In this document: piece by piece, positions 12,899 to 25,753 of the stretch
Position numbering within the stretch: the stretch's first letter is position 1
Layout: each line of letters begins with the position of its first letter
Source: Nemertoderma westbladi
Taxonomy: Eukaryota > Animalia > Xenacoelomorpha
Direction of reading: 5' to 3'
DNA length: 38,919 nucleotides
Assembly (NCBI GenBank): GCA_032718475.1
Contig: JAUCBJ010001822.1
Span: forward strand, 1 to 38,919
The notes under the pieces: model-generated
Seen by the model: only the letters and a program-made list of their open reading frames with translations
Database searches by the model: none
What the model was told of the DNA's origin: nothing
Made by a program: the position numbers and the translations under genes

Positions 12899-14139
12899 GT
12901 AAGTTTTCTTTTATTTACTTTGATAAAATGAGATTATGAGATTAGTGAGTTCCTTATTCTTCTACATGGTGTTGTGTTGTGTTTTTATTTTTAATTTTTA
13001 TTCAATTTTTTAAAAAGTAACATTTTATCTGATTCATAATTATTTTATTGATTACTACTATTACGTGTTGTGTATGTCATGGAATTTAGGCGAGTAGGCT
13101 TGTCGTGAGTTGTTGGTAAACTGAGCTGGTTTTGTCTTTAATTTCCACATATATTGTTAATAAACAATTAAAACACAAACAGATAACTAGTTAGGTCTCC
13201 GGACAATTGCGACCCGAAAAAATTCCGACGATGCATGATTTTAGGCATTGGTACACCTTGGGTAACCAGTGACCAGATTTTTTATACTAGCTAGTTTTTG
13301 CTATTTTTTATAAATGTTATAGAGGATGTGCTATCTATCAATTTTGATAAATATTTTTGTTCTAGGACACATTTTTTTGTTCTAGAACATATTTTTTATT
13401 TTTATACTAGCTAGATTTTTCAACGTTTTTTTATAAATGTTATATAACACGTGTTAGCTATGAATTTAGATAAATATTATTGTTCTAGGACACAATTTTT
13501 TGTTCTAGAACATTAAATAGTACAGGAATCATCTTACAGCTCGTATTAAAATAAAATCGTCTTTTTTTAAATGATTAGACCACTTAGAAACTGCATAATT
13601 TTGAATCTATACACAAACACACAGTTGTGTTTGATGTTCGTGTTTCGCGTAATTTCCTATCCTGGTGCCGGATATGCATGAAATTCATAAACTCTAATAG
13701 ATGAATAATCCGAAACCTCCTGGGCACTGTGCACAAAAAACTGGAAGGTCAGAAAGTTAAAATTATCTAAGTTATGGCGGTTTTTACCAACAACTAAACG
13801 TAAAACCGCCAATCATCATGCTTTTAAAGTTCCCAGAATAAGCCCTCTCGAACTTACATTGGCATTAGCAATAATGGCAACAAAATTCCCCATATAACCT
13901 GTGAATTTTGTTGGACAAAATTCAGAATAGGATAAACCTGCGGAATTTCGACCACAGCAACTTCACGACGGTGCTTCACCCTGTGACAAATGCCTGAAAC
14001 CACAAACTACTTCCATGCTCCACCAACACTTAAACACAAGGGAAAACTCGTGAGAAAATCCTAGATGGTAAAGTTTGTTCTAACAAAAACTCGATTTATC
14101 TTATAGACTCTAATCATTTACATTATCTAAAGGTCTCTA

Positions 14140-17100
14140 TGTGGGATGGACGTATCGATTACACCAATCGAGTTGACTCAAGTTGAAGATGGTATCTTGA
14201 ACATTGAGGTCGAGGTCCAGGGGACGAATTTGGGAATATGGAGGATCATTGTTTGGGTTGTTTGATCTCAATACAACACTTCCAAGGAGTTGTTCCAGGC
14301 CATCGCTTACATCGTGATACGAGCAGCTCTTGAATAGATGGATATTGAACCACCAACAACGAGCGGGAACAATTGTTGCACCGACTCCGGATCTGATCAT
14401 TGGACTCGGAACTCTTAAAGGGCTTGTTACAAGGGCCAACACTCAAATCGAAACTCTCTGGAAATGTTCTAACTCCTCCATCGATGGTATCCGGAACTAT
14501 GAATCATCTACTGGCGACTACAACCGCCTGATCCCCACGGATGATAGCGAAAACAAACATGAAGAACATTTTTGAAACGTCAACAAGTTCTGGAACTAAC
14601 ACACCTGGATCATCCAGCTCGTCAAGAACAGTCACATCATAGATGCGAGAGCAGGGTGGAGTCCGCTTCCATAATCACTATGAGGCAATCATATACGAGG
14701 GGAAATGCTCTATCCACTAGAAGCTCTTTCCGAAGCGCAACCTCCACAAACTCTCAGAGAAACAGATTCCAAGATCAGGTGTGGGAAAAAAGGGCCTGAC
14801 TGATCATAGTGCATATGGGCAATGAATACACACAGTAAGAACTGGATAGAGATAGACTGGCGCAAGAAATGATTAACCAGCATCAGGCGATTAACATCGA
14901 GGAACTCAAGAAAGAAACTCATCTTGAGAACAACAAATGCAAAAGGGAACTCGATAAAGTTAAAAAGATACAGAGATGGGAGGTGGAACAACGAACTCAG
15001 GAAATAAAGGAAGAAAAGATCATGGTTCAAAAGAAAAGTATGGACGATGCCAAGTTAGCCAAGTACGAAACCCCTCTACTCGAGCGAGATCTCCTAATCA
15101 GGAGGATCAGGAGAGGGGGTTTGAGTGGGAGTATGAACCCATCCCCACTCCCGGATTGGAGAAAACCCTTCCCTTTGAGGAAACTGCTCCCCTCCAACCT
15201 ATCGTTAAACCCTACAAACTCTCTCCCATGGCACAAGAGTTTACCCCGGAAGTGGACCATGGAACTCATAGTGCCCAATATGAGCCTAAAAAGGCATCGG
15301 AGGGGATGGCTATTCATCTTCCTGGTAGGAATGCCCATCAGAGAATTCCCTCTCATGAACCACTGGAGGATGTCCGGGGAAGTCATAGTGCCCAATACGA
15401 GCCTGAAAACGCATCGGAGGGGATGGCCAACATGGGGATGAGAGGGTTTCAGAAGGTGATGCAGATCCGATTAACAGGTGAATGGTGGCGAGCGAGCCTG
15501 AAAAGGCAATGAGTGTCATTGTTCCACCTGGTCCGAGGACTTCAACCCCTTGACAACCACGCTTGAATAACCCATGCCATACCGAAATCCCATTGGATCC
15601 CTCATACATCGGCGGAGGGCCCAGACATCTCAACTCCACCTGTAAACCCGCATTGATGGACTTGAATATCATTCAAGCATTGGAGAACCTCCTTTCGATG
15701 CCCAAAATGGAGATACGAGGATTTAACGAGGATTATACAGACTTTATTAGCTTCAAAACGCGTTTTTATGCCCAAATAGGATCCACCGGAATAACTGATT
15801 GACAAAAACTCATTTATCTATCCCAATACCTCGGTGATGAACGTAGAAGGTTAATCCATTGCGATGGCGATGCATATCAGGACGCATGGGACACATTGAA
15901 CTGGTGACATGGAAACACTGGGACTATAATGAATAATACTTTTGAGAAACTGGTATAAAATGCAGGTTCATTGGGAGACCCTCAAAATATTCAAAGAGTT
16001 TTCCGACTCTATGAAAGAGTGAAAGACTTATTTTTTTGACTTTTGATTATTGATTTGGTCCTCCTCCTTCTGCAACAATATATTAAACCTGCGACAGATA
16101 CCTCAAAAGTTTCCCGGATGGTTGCAGACCAAATGGGCCTACAAATGCGTCAATTTACACTGGTGTCATATGGAATATGACCCCATGAATCTGGAGATGT
16201 CTGGATTCCTCGATGATGTCTTGGAGGCAATAAATGATTCCATATTCTCCAAACAGAGTCTGGCGAAGTTGGACGAGGGGGGAGACTACAACTCATTCCA
16301 CAATCCCTACCCCCAAACACAGGTTCTTCAAACCCATGAATCTTCTATGTGTGTTCTCATGTATGTATCTTCTACGGGGAGACACATACGGTTGAATTCT
16401 GCTAAAAGTTTAAATACTTGGACTTGGTGCCCCATTTCGAAGCACTAATGTGGCATCACGGTTGCTTCAAGTATCTAAGCTTTGGACATTATATGCGGGA
16501 TTGCAAGAAGCAATCGTATTGTGCAATCTGCAGCAACAACTGCCACCACACGCTGCTACACATCCCTGCAAACTTTGACTTCTCTATGTTACTGTCCTGG
16601 ACTGAAATGCATCGAGCGAGGCATGCATACAACACTAAAACTGACAGACCATCCTATAGTTCAGCGATAAAAGGGAAAACCAAAAAGTATAACCCCAAAC
16701 CTAAGTTCCAACCGAGGAGGACTATGATGAACTTCTCAAATATCATCAACCTGATCCATCAAAGATATGCTGTATTCACCAAGGTAATTCCCTGGTATAG
16801 GTAAATACCTGGGTAGAGGGCATCAATAAACCCCTGATGACCCTCGCGTTCCGGACAATGGATCGGATGGGACATTGATTGATAAAGAATTTACCCAACA
16901 ACTCGGGCTGAAATACAAACCATACAGAAGACTGATACAGATGGATGTACAGACGTTGACCTCCATTGCCTGGACCTGGATATTAATAAAATTAGCCTAC
17001 TAATCGGATTAGATACGCCAGGCTTCCACATTCCAATGGGCGATGTCGCATGCTCGACAAACCCCACTGATGGCTTCTATGCAGAAATAACCATAATGAG

Positions 17101-17769
17101 GTGGACAATATGCAGAATATAAGAGGAGAATGTCAACACGCACAACTATCCCTCAAAACGCTGGATGGAAGATACTCCCATCAATGTTAGACATTGTTCA
17201 GTTTTATGCAAGAATGATGATTTATTCCCGGAGTCTGAGGAAACCCAGCAAAGAATGACAGAATACTTCAACTTCAAAACCCGAGAATGTGCTGAAAAGG
17301 AAGAGGCGTTATCTGAAGAGGATAGATATTTCATAGAGCCAATGGATCGGGCAGAGTTCGTTGATGGACACTGGCAATCTCCTATGTTGTGGAAACAACC
17401 GGATAAGTCAATGGTGAATAACTCTTGCATGACCTTAAATCAGCTAAAAGGAATACTTCAGAGGCTGAGCATACAACCAGAATTAAAACTCTGTTATAAT
17501 GCGGTAATAGCCAGTTACCTCAAGGACAACCTGATGGAGTTGATTCCAGAAGCCAAATGCAAAAGTTCCTACTGAACCTACTACCTCCCTATGCATTACG
17601 TAATTGAGAAGTGGAAAGGCAGAAAGATGCAGGTAGTAAATGATGCTGCAGCGACGTTACAAGGGGAGTCCCAGCTATAAACCGGGCCCACCATCTACAG
17701 CACCTTGGTCAGCGTGCTACTGCGCTTCCAGGATAACAGCATCACCTTCACCTGCGACATATAAGCCAT
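14140..17769 (+). mobile_element. Decayed BEL/Pao LTR retrotransposon (gag, zinc knuckles, protease, start of RT), 3' truncated
   Basis: Gag-like MPKMEIRGFNEDYTDFISFKTRF...QKLIYLSQYL. Knuckle CFKYLSFGHYMRDCKKQSYCAICSNNCHHTLLH. Protease DNGSDGTLI (~16854). RT YYLPMHYV...QVVNDAAA...TGP...LVSVLLRF...FTCDI. Many stops and frameshifts; left boundary approximate. Confidence 0.85.
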
Positions 17770-19131
17770 CGTTCTTTGCTAGTATACTCACCTTCAAAGC
17801 GGGCTTCATTTTGTTTATGATGTTTATTGTTTCCTACATCTCCACCAAACCAACGATCATCCTTTGAAATTGAAGGTGGGTCTGGCAACTGGAAAATAAA
17901 CCAAAAAGCTCCTGATCCATGAGAGCTGTGGCAGTCATTGCAAATCGTTTACAATATACAAAGAGACTGAACGGCGCTTAAAAGAGCAACTTTCTATTGC
18001 TTGCCAGCTTGAAACTCAGATCCTAACTGAATGTGATCAATGGAGGGAAGTTTTGAAACATATCCTGGAGTCACTTAAGTTTCTGGCGAGGAATAATTTA
18101 GCAATTCGTGGCCATAGTGAAAGTTTGTTTGATACTTCTGGTGAGGGAAACTTTCTATCCCTGCTCAGGCTGCTGAGTAAGTTTGATCATGTCACTACAA
18201 ACCACCTGCATTACGCCGAGAATAATCCCTGGAAAGTTAGTTATCTATCTCCAGATTTTCAAAATGAGTTTCTTCACTTGCTGGCTAGAAATGTCAGAGA
18301 TAGAATTGTTTCGAATGTCAAAATATGTAATTATTTTGGTGTTTACTGTTTGATGCAACTCTCAATTGTGCAGACAGAGAACAGCTGTCACAAGTCGTGG
18401 GATATGCAGATGTTGACTTCAAATCTAAAGAAGTTCCAGTTAAAGAATCTTTTTTTTGGTTTTATTGAAATGAGCAAAAAGACAGCCACCACAACAACTC
18501 ATGCCATCTTTAAACAGTTAGCTTCAGATGGCATGGATATTAATGTCGAGTCTTACAATAATGCTTCAACAATGAGTGGTCATATATCTGGAGTTCAAAA
18601 GTGCATTATTGATATAAATGACAAAGCTATATTCTTGAATTGTGACAATCATAAATTGAATTTGGCCGGTGTTCACTCTACCAAAGTAGAAGGCAAAATC
18701 GTTACCTTTTTTTGGTACTATTCAAAATTTGTATGTATTCCTTTCGAAATCAACTCTATGTTGGAATTAATTGAAAGGGGTGCTAAAGTATACACTGAAG
18801 GCTTATGGTGAGACACAATGGAGCTCTCATGCAGATGCTGTGAAAGCGCTAAATGAAGATCTTCCTGGGAACTTTGCTGGAGAATTTAGCAGGTGACAGC
18901 TGTGTCACTTCTGAATCCCATGATGGGGTTCAACAGATTTTACAAGCAATTCTGAACTTCAACTTTCTAGCACTTTTGCCATTCTGGAACACAGTATTGC
19001 AGAAACTGAACAGAGTCCAAAAAAGACTGCAAGAACCTGGGATGAACTTTCATGAGGGAGCTTTGGAAATCGACTCATTGAAAGCTGACTTGTCACAAGA
19101 TCTAGTCACAAGCAGTATAAATGAGGCATGA
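17770..19131 (+). mobile_element. Decayed hAT transposase (ZMYM1-like/DUF4371 type) fragment
   Basis: TTF-type zinc finger remnant YSPSKRASFCL*CLLF; LKFLARNNLAIRGHSE...GNFLSLLRLL; YLSPDFQNE; YNNASTMSGHISGVQ; CDNHKLNL (CxxH); ETQWSS. Frameshifted; no TIRs seen. Confidence 0.88.
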
Positions 19132-19199
19132 AATGAAGTATCAACTACATTATGCAGTTGAACTAATCAACTGCGCTATCGAATAGGGATGTGGCTTGA

Positions 19200-21472
19200 T
19201 GCAAGGAGAATGGAAGCTGGTCAATAGTGTATGGCAGTTGGTGTTTGAAGTAAATCTTCTTGTATTAGTGGCCATTGTGATGTTTCACAACCACGCTCAT
19301 GGTTAACATGGGCTTAATGGGAACTCAAGAAACACAGCCCTTTGATCGAGGTGATAATTAATTTTTTGACACAACCTCGGTTTCAGCCATTCACAAGAAA
19401 TATTGCTTTTGGTTTCGGCCAATCCTGGTATTAATTATGTTTGACTGACAGTTTGGGGTCAACTTCTGAGTACCTCCAGTATACCTCCAGTATACACCTT
19501 CGGATAAGATCTGATGAAGTAAGCCGTTCATTAACTGGTAGAATATATTGCAAATCACTTTCAGATAAATAAGGTGCAGGTTTGTAATCTTTATCTCCAT
19601 TCAGGAATCGACACCACTTGTCTGAAGGGCATTTGGAATGTTGCTTCTCTGAGTCTGTAAAATTGCAGTGATGGTAAATAGCAGCTACAATTTCAGTTTG
19701 AATTTTCACATTCCTGTGTAGTAAGAGTTTCCATATCAACAACATCTTTGATGTTGCTCACTATGGTGTTCCTATAATAACTTGAGAGCTGTTGACATCG
19801 TTTCTCTGTAAGACGACCTATGCCACCTAACTTGTGAGTCTGGCGTGCCTTACTGAGACCTGTGTACAATCGTTTCGATACGTGATTCAGGCATTCTTGC
19901 TTGGTCACTACAACTCCTTCATCCTTATAAGGATCTGCCTCGATAATGCCCTTCATTACGCTACGGTTGCCATCTGAGATGATTGACGAATAGACAAGAT
20001 TATATTTGTCTACGGATCTACAGAATAGTTTTTTCGCTATATATGGTTCCATGGCGCCACTAGAACCATCAAAGTTTTTAGAACATTTGTGTCCAGTTGA
20101 AGATTCAGATAAATATTTTGATTTATCACAAATATGACAGTATTTACAGCAGATATAATAGTCTAAAATATATCCTGTAGCAGCAGAAATAACAAAACCA
20201 ATACCATACTTTGATTTGTGACCGCGAGTTAGCCATGAACCATCAAATGAAACACCAATATATCTTTCAAATTCTAGAATTGCACAGTTGGTCATATTGC
20301 CGTTGGCGAGTTTAGTAACAACATCAGCAATATAAGATACATATTTGGTCCAAGTATTAGTCGTAACGGGGCTGGGCAAACTCATAACCCTAGAGAATGA
20401 ATCCGCAGCGGTACGCTTACAGCCAATACAGAGCCAGGCAAAAACTCCTCTCAGGTTTACATCAGCTATCATTCTTGATGAATCGAATGGACTAACGATT
20501 TCACTGCTGGACTTAGTAGTATATTTCCAATCGCATAATGAGCATTCACTGACAAAGTTAGACTGATAACCAGCGACAGAACTTTGCGAAACAGACACTG
20601 ATTTAGTTCCATCACAGCGCTACAACAATTATGCATTTCTGTAATCAAATTTGTCACTAATTCAATAGACATTAGGCAGTAACCTTTGAAATTTGATGAA
20701 CCTTCCTGGGGCGGATCCAATGTATTTATTTTATTGACTAATGGTACTGATGTACTAACAACGGTACCGTTACCATCCTTGCTGGTAGATTCCATACCTT
20801 GACCATCAGCTAGAGTGCCAGTAATTGAAGATGGTGATGTGTCATTGAGTCTATCTGCCTATCCCTCCAGCTCCTCGTTGACCCTGCCGCTTTCTCTTAG
20901 CTGGCCTCGGCATTATAATAATTATAAATTTATTGTAAAAAAATATATTGTATGATAGGCCTACCGATCAGCACGTGTAATTATAGCTAGCTACCGGTAG
21001 GCGTAGGACTACTGATTAAATTCGCCAACCGTATCAGAAAGTTTCGCATAAATTGAGTTCCTATGAACTAGCTGCGGTTCATCATTAGAAATTGAAGCCG
21101 CACAAAATCACAACACCACCGGTGCAGTACTTGCATCCAATCAACTAATTGGCAGACTGAAGTTCACCACACACTATCACATGCTGACATGTAATTCAAC
21201 CCTGCACTATATATCAGTTCAAAATTCCCGCCAAACTGCAATTGATTACTAGGGCACCCCGGCCAAGGACTGTGTAGTTAAAAATCAAAATTTTGTGAAA
21301 ATTATTAATTTTTTTATGAAATTATAACCTGTCTTGCTCCATAACTTGCCATATATCTTAAGAACTAGCTGTGCTATTAGAAAATGGTTCACTTTTTCAG
21401 AAGCAGCAAAGAATTCTAAACATTAATCGACAATAAAAAAAATCAACAATTTTGACCCTGTAGCCTTACCCC
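19200..21472 (-). mobile_element. Decayed DDE transposon, Kolobok-like (family often annotated 'Mutator-like transposase')
   Basis: ORFs 20795-20469, 20598-19693 and 19745-19431 carry VSFDGSWLTRGHKSKYG, CxxC, NFDGSSGAME, IISDGN, KQECLNHVSKRL and HSKCPSDKWC. The putative terminus reads TTAA|GGGG on the minus strand (21476-21469), consistent with Kolobok TTAA/RR ends. Confidence 0.75.
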
Positions 21473-22002
21473 TTAACCAGGACTTTTTTGTATAAAAGGG
21501 ATCCACATTGTGTGACCTGCCCAGACAAGAAAGAAACGGTAGTGTTCGCAGTGCCAACATTTTCTAAGAGTGAGTTCTGCATCAATAATTTACGGTTACA
21601 CGGTTGTAGTAACGACCACAGGTTAATGTTTTTTTATGTTGTTATTTTTCACAAAATCAGTTCAAGGAGCACTATATATCCCTCCGGGTAATAAAGTCCA
21701 CCTCCCCCGGATCCCGAACTTAGATACAGAGGTTTAATGCTTTTACCGGTACATTGGTTTATTCGTTTATCGGAAGAGATTTGTGTATATATTCATGTAT
21801 CAGGCCTAACAGGAACGAATAAAAGTTGGAATATTTACTTATAACATATTTTAACAAGACCCACACATCCTTGACCCGTTATATACTGCATAGATACAGT
21901 CACTCGAAGATCACCTTATAGTTTTTACTTGGAATAGTACTACTGTAGCAGCGATATGCTGCACCAAAACCCTATCACAACTGCCGAAGGCCAAATTAAT
22001 TA

Positions 22003-22500
22003 GTGAAAATCTATACCTTGGAACAGATTACAATGATAAAATCAATTTTTATGTTGCAGAAGTTTGAATTAGAAGGAATAATATACAAATTTCCGGATGT
22101 GGAAAAACAGAAATCGTTTTGGGGACAATTAAACCTTCAAAGTGAAACTCCGGAGTTGATATTGCTACGATTTCGGAACCTCGTATGTCTGCCAACGTAT
22201 AGGCGTTTAATAACAAATAAAATAAGAAATGTAGTGAAAGTCTTCAATCTGCAAAATTATTCCTTTGATGAAGTTCTACACTTTAAACCATACCGGTTTG
22301 GCATAAAAATCATAAAAAAATCAACAAATTATTCGACTTTCTATCTTCCATCTATCTGGGTTAAACAGACGGACCATCAACCCGAAGGCTGCTGCATCTG
22401 GTTCGAAAGTAGAGAAGAGCAAGAAAAATGGCTGGGTGCTCTAATATATTTTGTCGGTAGTCAACAAGGCAGATCCGGAAGTAGTGGTCGAATGAGCTAA
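22003..22500 (+). CDS. Hypothetical protein (~155-165 aa) with a PH-like C-terminal helix motif
   Basis: Intact 165-codon ORF in AT-rich DNA with protein-like composition. CCIWFESREEQEKWLGAL resembles the PH-fold terminal helix. AATAAA follows the stop immediately. Confidence 0.4.
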   Translation: MKIYTLEQITMIKSIFMLQKFELEGIIYKFPDVEKQKSFWGQLNLQSETPELILLRFRNLVCLPTYRRLITNKIRNVVKVFNLQNYSFDEVLHFKPYRFGIKIIKKSTNYSTFYLPSIWVKQTDHQPEGCCIWFESREEQEKWLGALIYFVGSQQGRSGSSGRMS

Positions 22501-24864
22501 TAAATAATCAAGATAAACAAATATGCTAGAAAAGTAGAAGATCTTTTACACGTTAAATGTTCATTTAGTTCATTGAATTAAAATATAATGCAAATATTAT
22601 TGATTATAAAATGAATTGAAGCATTACATCACTTTTTTCAAAAGTGATGGTAAATTGGCCGTAAAGTTTGGCTACTGAGGTTTTAGAATGTGCTGATTTA
22701 ATTGTGTCGAGGCTTTTACTGACGGGCTGATAAAACTAATGATTGTCCCCAAGCTTAACTCATGCATTAAAGTATAGGTTCTGTATGCAAGTCCGTGAAC
22801 GCTACGGTGCCTCGGGATACCTACCACACGGTAGGAACGTTCACTGAATTTGTGAATATATATATACTACTGTATATAATAATATATAGAAACAATGTGA
22901 TCCAGTCTCCTATCAAAAATGAAACCTAACTACAAATAAACACTTTAATAACTGCATGAATAACTATCCTATATATTAGAAAATACAGGACTTTTAGTCC
23001 GCCGAAAGGGGTAAGTCTACATACTAAATTTGATAAAAATAAAGGGTTTCAGGATTTAAACACTGTACCCGGGGAAACACAGCTCCATCATCAGCAGTGT
23101 ACTGTGAGTCCCTACCCTATCTAAATACAGCACAGTACCAATTGACCAATATAATACAGGAAATGAAACCAAATACTGAAATAGAGAAATAAACAAATCA
23201 GACCGGTAGTAAATAGATGAAACCCAAAAACTGATACCACTAAAGCCTAAATAAAATACATGAAACCAAAATAAGAATGAACCCAAATGAGAATAGTGAC
23301 CAAATAGTGAACTACTATATCTAACCTGCATAACAAATAAATCTATAATGGCTGTATTGCACAGTCTAATAATAGATATGTTATATAATGGTATGAATAC
23401 AGCAGTAAATAACAACCCAAAGACCATACAGACACCCCCCCCCCCCCCAAACACTGATAGGATAATGATACCCAATAGAACGATGTAAACGTAAGAAATT
23501 TGATATTTGTCGGTACACAGCAGCCGTCAGGCGGCTGTGTACCGTATGTTTGGTATGCCGTACGACGTTGTCGTTGACTTGATTAGTGTTAGATGGCATA
23601 TCAATTTAGAGTTTGGACTTGATCATCTAACAATAACCAATAAGCTACTAAACTTACACTTACAGTACAGTATTACTCTACAATTATATTTGGGGTTGAA
23701 AGTAAATTTGTATGCGAATCATTTGTAGTGGTTCATATTTAAGAATGACTCCTAATCATCTCTTAGACCAGTATCCTAAATCACCCATCAATAATGGTCT
23801 GGTAAGGATTCCAAATTTGTGAAAACATTTGAATTTCGACGAGAAAGCTGGGATTTGGGCGTTCAACTGTTTTTTCTCTCCTCACTCCTCCTAATGTAGA
23901 TACTTTTTTTTATTAAACCAATATATTTGATTTTACTTAGAGTTTCTTAAGCTCGTTTTATATAACTGGTCATTGAAATGAAATAACTGACTCAGTTCGG
24001 ATTTTAGAATCGAGTTCCAGATATGGGTCCGTCAGACATTCATCATTCCTGTCAATCATTACATTATGACTTGAGTGTGAGAAGGTACAAGATAAAAATC
24101 GAAACAATAAGAACAAATTCGTAATTTATTACTAAATCCGAATAATAAAAAATATAATATAGCTGAAGAGAGATACGAAAGTTGTAGTATTTTTTGTCCT
24201 GATCTTTCCAGTGGTAACCTAATACATATTTTCGACAGGATATCTCAACTAGTCCAATTAATATTTAGTATTATATTTATAATTAACAATGTAAATTATT
24301 TTTAGTGGTAATATATCTAATATATCATTATTATCCAATAATGATCGTTTAAAATATTAAATAAAATAAAATACAATAGGCGCAATTATAAAATATAAGT
24401 AAGATAAATTACAAAATATTATTTACCAATTATAGGAAAGGTGCAGCTTACTATGGTAAGAAATTATAACCAAAACTATAAACGAATGTCAATAAATAAA
24501 TAGAACAAGTTACAGTTCTATTTTGTAGAGTAATCAGCTGTTATTAGAGTCGAAATTCCACTGAAAGCGGATGAGTTTTAAAGCACCCCTTGCCCCCCTT
24601 ACCTACACGATTGAAGGGTGGAGGTAATAATTATTGTAGTTTAGATAGTTATCAAAACGGTACCATGACCTACAGTATGATACTAAAATACTGAGAAGAA
24701 AGATTCGAGTTTCTATCATATCCTGCCATGTCAGCCATGTCATCCTGACATGAATGAAAATATACTATATAGAAGATTAATGTAAGCATTTTCATAAAAA
24801 ATAGTAAACGCTGTTTCTACTGTATTACCTAAGAAAAATACGTGGCCTTAATGAAAATAATAAG

Positions 24865-25753
24865 TTAGTTAAGGGAAAATATAATAGCAATTAGAAAAAC
24901 CACAAGTTCATAACTTCGAGAGATCCTTTGCGATGAGTTTACATTAGCGAGTAAACACGAAGCTTCAGCGCGCTGGACCTCGCATGCGTCGTTACAAGGA
25001 TCATCCTCGTTGCATTCCGATTTCGCTTCCTCGCTGAGAACGCTTCCGGAAGAGGTGTAGAACTTGGCCGGCTCGGCGATGTCAACCCTGGAGCCGCGAG
25101 CTGTGCCGATCTTCTGGTAAACCCGCTCGCTGCTCGAGGTCCGATTTATCTGGTAGTTGACGATGTTCCATGGTATATCCCCGGTTCCGTCGTACCAGAA
25201 GTTGAAACTTCGAGGTCCTTCGACGACACGAGCCCGTCTTATCGATTCGAACAATGCATCCGTGTAGAAATAGTCGGTGTACTCTCTGTTGTTGCTATTG
25301 GATATATCGTCGATGTAGCAAATTCCATATTTCTTTGGATTCGTCTTGTCGAGATATTGATATTCGTGCCACACCGTCGGGGGGTTCTTGTTTATACTCG
25401 TGACGCGAAGGTTCGGTAAACATTTGCTACGGATGTAGTCATGGATACCGCTAGCAATGACGCGAACCGCCCTAATCGTGTTGGGAACGTGAGGGTCTAT
25501 ATCGAACTCATCAGTATCATCATCGAAAAAGTTGTTGTTGTTATTGTTGTTGTTGTTGTTGTTAGGGAAACATTGTCGGCCTTGGCAGGCGTGCTCAAAA
25601 AAGAATTTTTGAACATATTGTTGGAGTCCATTGTTTATACCTCGACGTCCTTCCTGAATAGCTTTCATATAATTCCGGAACGATGCGAAAACCTCCCTTT
25701 CCTCTTCATCCCTAATATCCTTGTTGAAATCTTGCCTTGGATTCGATTCTGAC
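24865..25753 (-). CDS. Terminal exon of a class C GPCR (mGluR-like) Venus-flytrap ectodomain protein ending in a GPI-signal-like tail
   Basis: Acceptor tatttag|G at 25754/25753 (phase 2). FRNYMKAI...QKFFFEHAC, VPNTIRAVRVIASGIHDYIRSKC, LFESIR, FWYDGTGDIPWNIVNYQ...YQKIG and KSECNEDDPC align by eye with mGluR late-VFT motifs. C-terminus is NSSQRISRSYELVVFLIAIIFSLN*. Confidence 0.8.
25531..25563 (-). repeat. (AAC)n coding microsatellite (poly-Asn)
   Basis: gttgttgtt... run encodes about 11 Asn, followed by FFDDDTDEFD. Confidence 0.9.

Noticed and set aside
14869-15512. Overlapping 190-aa and 178-aa ORFs as host genes or a programmed frameshift
   Set aside because: They lie in the gag region of a BEL/Pao element riddled with random stops and frameshifts.
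23056-23475. Hydrophobic minus-strand ORF as the missing 7TM of the VFT gene
   Set aside because: It derives from A-rich degenerate aaaccaaa repeats; no class C TM motifs and no convincing splice path from the exon that stops at 24865.
25441-25752. Plus-strand 103-aa ORF with poly-Val
   Set aside because: Antisense shadow of the VFT exon and its (AAC)n tract.
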